49,849 bases of DNA from Anaerolineae bacterium (GTDB taxonomy: Bacteria > Chloroflexota > Anaerolineae > S140-20): the NCBI GenBank assembly GCA_027021705.1, contig JALUTT010000052.1, forward strand, positions 1 to 49,849. Reading direction: 5' to 3'. The notes beneath the pieces were generated by a model that did not search any database, was not told the origin of the DNA, and saw only the letters and a program-made list of their open reading frames with translations. The number at the start of each line of letters is the position of its first letter. Within the stretch, counting starts at the first letter, position 1. Below, one piece after another: positions 45,212 through 49,849 of the stretch. The translations under genes were made by a program, and so were the position numbers.

Positions 45212-45814
45212 TTAGCGCTCCAGTTGGGTTTCCAGGAATCGGATCACGGCTTCCAGCTCCACATCCAGCGGGGAGGGGGGAGGGGCTCCCCGCAGACGAC
45301 GCCAGAGCAGGCTGAGATGGCTGGACGGCCCCCAGAGCCCCCTCCCCAGCCCGGCCTGCAGGTAGGCCCGGACTTCCGGTGGCATCGCCAGCGACCCCTC
45401 CTCCAGTTGGCGCTTCACCTGCTCCGGCGGGCACTGCTGGCGGTAGGCCAGGAGGTCGAGGGCCAATCCCCCCAATCGGTGGGCCAGCCGCCACCGGGAG
45501 TAGTCGCCCTCCTCGGCCTGGCGGATCCACCGCGCCCAGGCAGCCACGCGGCCCGGCTGCTCCCGTTGGGCTGCCTCGGCCCGCTCCTGGGCCCTGCGCC
45601 ACCCGATCAAGCTCCCCCCGGCGATGAGGAGAGCGACGCCGACGAAGAGACTCCAGAGCAGCAGTTGCGGGATGCTCTCCAGGAGGATGCGGACCACCCA
45701 GTAGAGCTGCAGCAGAGGCAGGATGATGAGCTCCCGCACCAGCCCCCGCAGCAGCAGGGTCAGGGCCGCCGTCAGAACCAGGGCGAGGGCCAGGGGGAAG
45801 AGCCGCGCACGCAT
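45212..45814 (-). CDS. Membrane hypothetical protein of the MoxR module
   Basis: N-terminal TM helices; TAATG overlap with the upstream gene. Confidence 0.75.
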   Translation of the reverse strand: MRARLFPLALALVLTAALTLLLRGLVRELIILPLLQLYWVVRILLESIPQLLLWSLFVGVALLIAGGSLIGWRRAQERAEAAQREQPGRVAAWARWIRQAEEGDYSRWRLAHRLGGLALDLLAYRQQCPPEQVKRQLEEGSLAMPPEVRAYLQAGLGRGLWGPSSHLSLLWRRLRGAPPPSPLDVELEAVIRFLETQLER

Positions 45815-46698
45815 TAGACCTCCCGGCAAGCCTGGACGATGGCCTTCAGACAGGCCACCGCTTCGTCCTCTTCCTGGGGGGCCGGCCTCCTGGCCCCATA
45901 GCGGACCCGCTCGAAGAGGCGGGTGAGCCGGCGGACGGGGGCTTCAGGGAGACCCGCTGCCTCCAGCCGCCGCTCGAACTCCCGGGGCGTCATCGTCCGG
46001 GGGCGCTTGATCCCCCGCTCTTCGTCCAGGACCCGGCTCATCTCGACGTAGCAGCGGATGACGGTGTCCTGCCAGTCGCCACCGTCCTGCAGGGCCTTCA
46101 ATGCTGCCTGGGCCTCCTGGGCCAATCGCTCCAGAGGGCCGGCGGGGGCCGGCGGACGCAGGTGACGCCACAAGAGCCAGATCGCACCCACCAGCAGCAA
46201 GGCGAGGGCCAGGGCCAGCCCCAGGCTCAGCGTCGGGATGAGCCAGGGGGGAAGGCGGGCAACGAGCTCGGCCAGGACGGAGGAGGGGGGCCGGGCCGGA
46301 CCGGTGGGAGAGGGCATCTTCGGGAGTTGAAGCTCCTCGCCCCGGGCGAGGGGATTGCGCTCCCGGAAGGCGCGGAGCAGCAGGTAGAGGGCCAGGATCC
46401 AAACGAGGAAGGCGATCTCCCCACCGGCCTGCCGTCGCTTCGCCTTGGGGGCGCGGATGAAGTGCAGGAAGGCGAGGGGCAGCAGCAGGATGGTGAACGC
46501 GGCCAGGAGCTGGCTGATGCCCAGCAGCAGCCTCTGAGCCGACAGGCTCTCGTCGCTGCCGCTGAGGAGCTGCAGGATGCGCTCCGGCACGAGGGGCTTT
46601 CCCGGTTGGAGCTCCAGTCCTGAGAGGCCGGCGGCGAGCACGACGATGGCTGCAATGGCCACGCCGACGATGAGAAGGATACCCGCTCTCTGATTCAT
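45814..46698 (-). CDS. DUF4129 domain membrane protein
   Basis: C-terminal VIRCYVEM...TMTPREF...LTRLFERVRYG. Confidence 0.85.
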   Translation of the reverse strand: MNQRAGILLIVGVAIAAIVVLAAGLSGLELQPGKPLVPERILQLLSGSDESLSAQRLLLGISQLLAAFTILLLPLAFLHFIRAPKAKRRQAGGEIAFLVWILALYLLLRAFRERNPLARGEELQLPKMPSPTGPARPPSSVLAELVARLPPWLIPTLSLGLALALALLLVGAIWLLWRHLRPPAPAGPLERLAQEAQAALKALQDGGDWQDTVIRCYVEMSRVLDEERGIKRPRTMTPREFERRLEAAGLPEAPVRRLTRLFERVRYGARRPAPQEEDEAVACLKAIVQACREV

Positions 46699-46715
46699 CA
46701 GTCCTCAGCTCGCCC

Positions 46716-47100
46716 CTTGGTCAGGTGGTCGCTTGGTCGCTTGGTCGAGTGGTCGCTTGGTCAGGTGGTCGGGTGGTCGCTTGGTCAGGTGGTCGGGTGG
46801 TCAGGTGGTCCTTGCCCCTTGCCCCCTGCCCCTTGCCCCTTGGTTCCGTGGTCGCTTGGTCGCCTGGTCGGGTGGTCGCCTGGTCGGGTGGTCGCTTGGT
46901 CGGGTGGTCGGGTGGTCAGGCGGTCCTTGCCCCTTGCCCCCTGCCCCTTGCCCCTTGGTCCCGCGGTCGCTTGGTCGCCTGGTCGGGTGGTCGCCTGGTC
47001 GGGTGGTCGGATGGTCAGGTGGTCCTTGCCCCTTGCCCCCTGCCCCTTGCCCCTTGGTCCCGTGGTCGCTAGGCCGCTAGGCCGCTAGGCCGCTAAGCCG
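46716..47100. repeat. Composite octamer/heptamer tandem-repeat tract
   Basis: GGTCGCTT, GGTCGGGT and GGTCAGGT octamers; three CCCCTTG heptamer blocks (46807, 46922, 47021); ends in CGCTAGGC repeats. Confidence 0.92.
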
Positions 47101-47136
47101 CTAGATCTCGGCTCAGCGGTCCGACTACCCAACCGG

Positions 47137-47164
47137 ATTATAATCCCGCCGGGGGGGATGTCAA
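47137..47164 (-). promoter_or_regulatory. Consensus promoter for the DUF4129-MoxR-pncB-acyP operon
   Basis: TTGACA-N16-TATAAT on the minus strand; the -35 overlaps the murJ stop codon. Confidence 0.7.
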
Positions 47165-48858
47165 GAAGAGGGGGTGCCCCGCTCGGAGGCCGGCGCGCCC
47201 AGTTGACCCCGACGCCGGAGGAGGAGAAGGAGGACACCGCCATCGGCCCGCAGCAGGGCCATCAGCAGCGCATAGGTGATGAGGCCCACGCCGGCCGCCC
47301 CACCGACGATCAGGAGCTCGCCGACCACCTGGCCGCTCCCCAGCCCCAGGCGGATCAGGTAGTCCTCCAGGAAGCGCATCGCCAGCCAGGTGAGCCCGCC
47401 CATCACCAGCGAGGCTCCCAGCGCCCGGACGGCCAGGGAGCCCAGGCCATGCTCCCCCCATCCTCCCAGCCGGCGTCGCAACAGGTAAGCGGTGATCAGG
47501 GCGTGGCTGGTGAGCTGAAGGGAGTTGGCCAGGATCAGGCCGTTCAGGGTGAGGGGCATCACCAGCGTGGGGCCGAGGGCGGCCAGGAGGTAGATGCCCA
47601 CGCCGAAGACGCCCACCAGGGCCGGCGTCCAGGTATCCTTGCGGGCGTAGAAGGCGAAGATGAGGGGTTGGTCCACGGCGTAGGGGACCAGCCCCAGCAG
47701 GGCGAACCAGAGGGCCTGCATCGTGTGTTCGGTGTCGTAAGGGGTGAAGTCGCCGTGCTCAAAGAGGAGGGCGATCACCGGTCGGGCCAGGACGAAGAGC
47801 CCCACGGTGGCGGGGATGGTGAGGAGCAGGACCAGCTTGAGCCCTTGGGCCAGCGTGGTTTTGAAGGCGGCCTGCTCCGTCGGGCTGTCCCCCAGGGCGT
47901 AGCGGGAGAGGGTGGGCAGGATGGCGACGGAGACGGCGGTGGCGACCAGCCCCAGGGGGAACTGGATGAGGGTGGCGGCGTAGTTCATCCAGGCGATGCT
48001 GCGCTCGCCGGTTCGGGAGGCCAGGTTGTAGCTGAGGGCGACGGCCAACTGGCTGACGACCAAGCTGAGGCCGATGGGGATGTAGAGACGAGCGATGCGG
48101 CGCAGGCCGGGGTGACGGAGGTCCAGGGTGAAGCGCAACCGGGCATCGCGCAGCGCCGGCAGTTGCAGGAGGGTCTGGAGCACCGCGCCCACCAGGAGCC
48201 CGACGGCCAGGCTGGCGACGCCCCAGCGGTGGCTCATCACCAGGGCGACCACGACGATGCTGGCGTTGAAGATGGCGGCGGTGAAGGCGGGAAGGGTAAA
48301 ACGGCGCAGCGCGTAGAGGAGGCCGGTGAAGATGCCCGAGAGGGTCATGAAGAGGACGGCGGGCACCGTGATGCGCAGCAGGCGGGCCGTGACGGCCAGC
48401 GGTTCCGGGTCCAGCCCGCCGCTGAGCAGCCAGGCGACCTGAGGGGCGAAGAGCTCCACCAGGAGCACGAAGACGACCAGGACCACCGTCACCAGGCTCA
48501 TCAGCGAACTGACCAGGAACCAGAGGTCATCCCGGCGGCCCTGGGGGGTGTACTCGCTGAAGACGGGCACCAGCGCCGAGCTGATGATCCCGCCGATGAG
48601 CAGGTCGTAGAGGATGGTCGGGACGACGGCGGCGACCTGGAAGGCGCTCACCATCCCCGTCGCCCCGAAGAGGTCTGCCTTGACCGTCTCCCGGACCAGC
48701 CCCAGGACCCGGCTGGCCACGTTGCCCAGGGAGATGATGGAGGCGGCCCGCACAATGCGGCGGGTGTCCTCCCGCACCATAGGGACCGGCACCGGGAGCG
48801 GCTGGCTGGGCTGGGTATCCTGGGGGAGCGAGAGGGGGAGAGGGCTGGTGTCACTCAT
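47161..48858 (-). CDS. murJ: Lipid II flippase MurJ (MviN)
   Basis: SRVLGLVRE, SSALVPVF, QLPAL, QFPLGLVATAVSVAILP, FYARKDTWTP; many TM helices. Confidence 0.93.
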   Translation of the reverse strand: MSDTSPLPLSLPQDTQPSQPLPVPVPMVREDTRRIVRAASIISLGNVASRVLGLVRETVKADLFGATGMVSAFQVAAVVPTILYDLLIGGIISSALVPVFSEYTPQGRRDDLWFLVSSLMSLVTVVLVVFVLLVELFAPQVAWLLSGGLDPEPLAVTARLLRITVPAVLFMTLSGIFTGLLYALRRFTLPAFTAAIFNASIVVVALVMSHRWGVASLAVGLLVGAVLQTLLQLPALRDARLRFTLDLRHPGLRRIARLYIPIGLSLVVSQLAVALSYNLASRTGERSIAWMNYAATLIQFPLGLVATAVSVAILPTLSRYALGDSPTEQAAFKTTLAQGLKLVLLLTIPATVGLFVLARPVIALLFEHGDFTPYDTEHTMQALWFALLGLVPYAVDQPLIFAFYARKDTWTPALVGVFGVGIYLLAALGPTLVMPLTLNGLILANSLQLTSHALITAYLLRRRLGGWGEHGLGSLAVRALGASLVMGGLTWLAMRFLEDYLIRLGLGSGQVVGELLIVGGAAGVGLITYALLMALLRADGGVLLLLLRRRGQLGAPASERGTPSS

Positions 48859-49390
48859 CGCCACCACCCTCCGGGTGATGGCGCGAGGGAGGTATCCCGA
48901 CCTCCGGCGTCCCCATCACGGCCAGGATGCGCTGGAGGAGGGCCGTCGTCGAATGGCCGGGCAGGTAGGGGAGGGAGAGGACCCGACCGCCGTAGGCCCG
49001 GACCGCCGGGGCTTCGGGCAGCGGTTTGCCGCCGGGGCCGTAGTCCCCCCCTTTCACGTAGAGGTCGGGCCGGAGGGTGGTGACCAGCCGCTCCGCCGTC
49101 ACCTCGTCGAAGATGACCACCGCATCCACAGGCTCCAGGGCGGCCAGAAGCCGGGCCCGCTCCCGGGCCGGTACCAGCGGACGTCCAGGGCCCTTGAGAC
49201 GCCGGGTCGAAGCGTCGCCGTTGACCCCCACCACCAGCCAGTCGCCCAGTGCCCGGGCCCTCTCCAGGTAGTCCAGGTGGCCGACGTGGAGGAGTTCGAA
49301 GTGGCCGTTGGTCAGAACGACTGTCTCCCCGGCCGCTCGCCGTCGCTCCCGTTCTGCCAGCGCTTCGTCCAGAGTCAGCACCCGTCCCAT
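48851..49390 (-). CDS. RfaE/HldE domain II-like adenylyl/cytidylyltransferase
   Basis: TNGHFELLHVGH (HxGH), VGVNGDASTRRLKGPGRP, YVKGGDY, HSTT. Confidence 0.9.
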   Translation of the reverse strand: MGRVLTLDEALAERERRRAAGETVVLTNGHFELLHVGHLDYLERARALGDWLVVGVNGDASTRRLKGPGRPLVPARERARLLAALEPVDAVVIFDEVTAERLVTTLRPDLYVKGGDYGPGGKPLPEAPAVRAYGGRVLSLPYLPGHSTTALLQRILAVMGTPEVGIPPSRHHPEGGGDE

Positions 49391-49428
49391 CACACCTCGG
49401 CTCTGCTCCTCGGTTACGATAAGCCCCA

Positions 49429-49523
49429 CCCCCCTGCAGGCCACGATTGACCGCACCAGCGGGATCCAACCTCCGACCAGGATACCACCCCATCCCTGAA
49501 GAACGCCCAAACCTGCGGAAGGG
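49429..49523. mobile_element. Degenerate 95-bp TIR element (CCCTCCCGCAGG family), copy E
   Basis: CCCCCCTGCAGGCCAC ... ACCTGCGGAAGGG; same 95-bp length as copies B-D. Confidence 0.55.
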
Positions 49524-49570
49524 CACCAACACCCTCATTCTACCCCACTTCGGCTTCGGGGGCAAGGACC

Positions 49571-49598
49571 TTGACATCCTTCCGAAGTGTGGTATGAT
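49571..49598 (+). promoter_or_regulatory. groEL promoter
   Basis: TTGACA-N16-TATGAT with TG extension. Confidence 0.8.
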
Positions 49599-49609
49599 AG
49601 GGACCATTG

Positions 49610-49636
49610 TTAGCACTCCAACCGTGGGAGTGCTAA
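49610..49636 (+). promoter_or_regulatory. CIRCE element (HrcA operator)
   Basis: Perfect TTAGCACTC-N9-GAGTGCTAA. Confidence 0.97.
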
Positions 49637-49692
49637 CGTTATGTCTTGCATTCTGCAATAGACCACACTCGGATCAAGGAGGACATACGATT

Positions 49693-49849
49693 ATGGCGAA
49701 ACAGCTGGTCTTTCACGAGCAGGCGCGAGCGCGGCTGAAGCGAGGGATTGATGTCCTGGCCGAAGCGGTCGTCACCACCCTGGGCCCCAAGGGGCGCAAC
49801 GTGGCTCTGGACAAGAAGTGGGGCGCCCCCACCATCACCCACGACGGCG
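49693..49849 (+). CDS. groEL: Chaperonin GroEL (5' partial)
   Basis: [62 protein letters not shown] runs off the right edge. Confidence 0.97.
   Translation, partial: MAKQLVFHEQARARLKRGIDVLAEAVVTTLGPKGRNVALDKKWGAPTITHDG

Overview
High-GC bacterial chromosomal window. Gene content and style (Pro/Thr-rich tails, LTAC lipoproteins, CIRCE/HrcA, PBP1A, MoxR-DUF58-DUF4129 module) suggest Chloroflexota, probably Anaerolineae-like; this is inference. The backbone is housekeeping: uvrA, uvrC, PBP1A, Clp1-like kinase, HAD hydrolase, a YvcK/GlmR-phosphohexomutase fusion, a multi-GNAT protein, sugar ABC transporter genes, trxB, groES, glutaredoxin, citrate synthase, protein disulfide oxidoreductase, XPB-like helicase-associated protein, Ser/Thr kinase, acyP, pncB, MoxR module, murJ, RfaE-like transferase and the start of CIRCE-controlled groEL. 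Four things stand out. (1) A GxxExxY PD-(D/E)XK nuclease gene is followed directly by a 1.4-kb array of 12 palindromic ~103-143-bp units with no spacers, and related hairpins are dispersed elsewhere in the window. (2) A 1761-aa NLR-like STAND protein has a RHIM/BASS-like amyloid candidate motif and 26 near-identical helical repeats carrying a hypervariable, shuffled 6-8-residue cassette. (3) Five 93-95-bp elements share terminal inverted repeats but have divergent interiors. (4) A leader-peptide attenuator-like structure precedes the Eis-like acetyltransferase. No rRNA, tRNA, CRISPR array, reverse transcriptase, integrase or intact transposase was recognised. All family assignments come from motifs read by eye; no database search was run.
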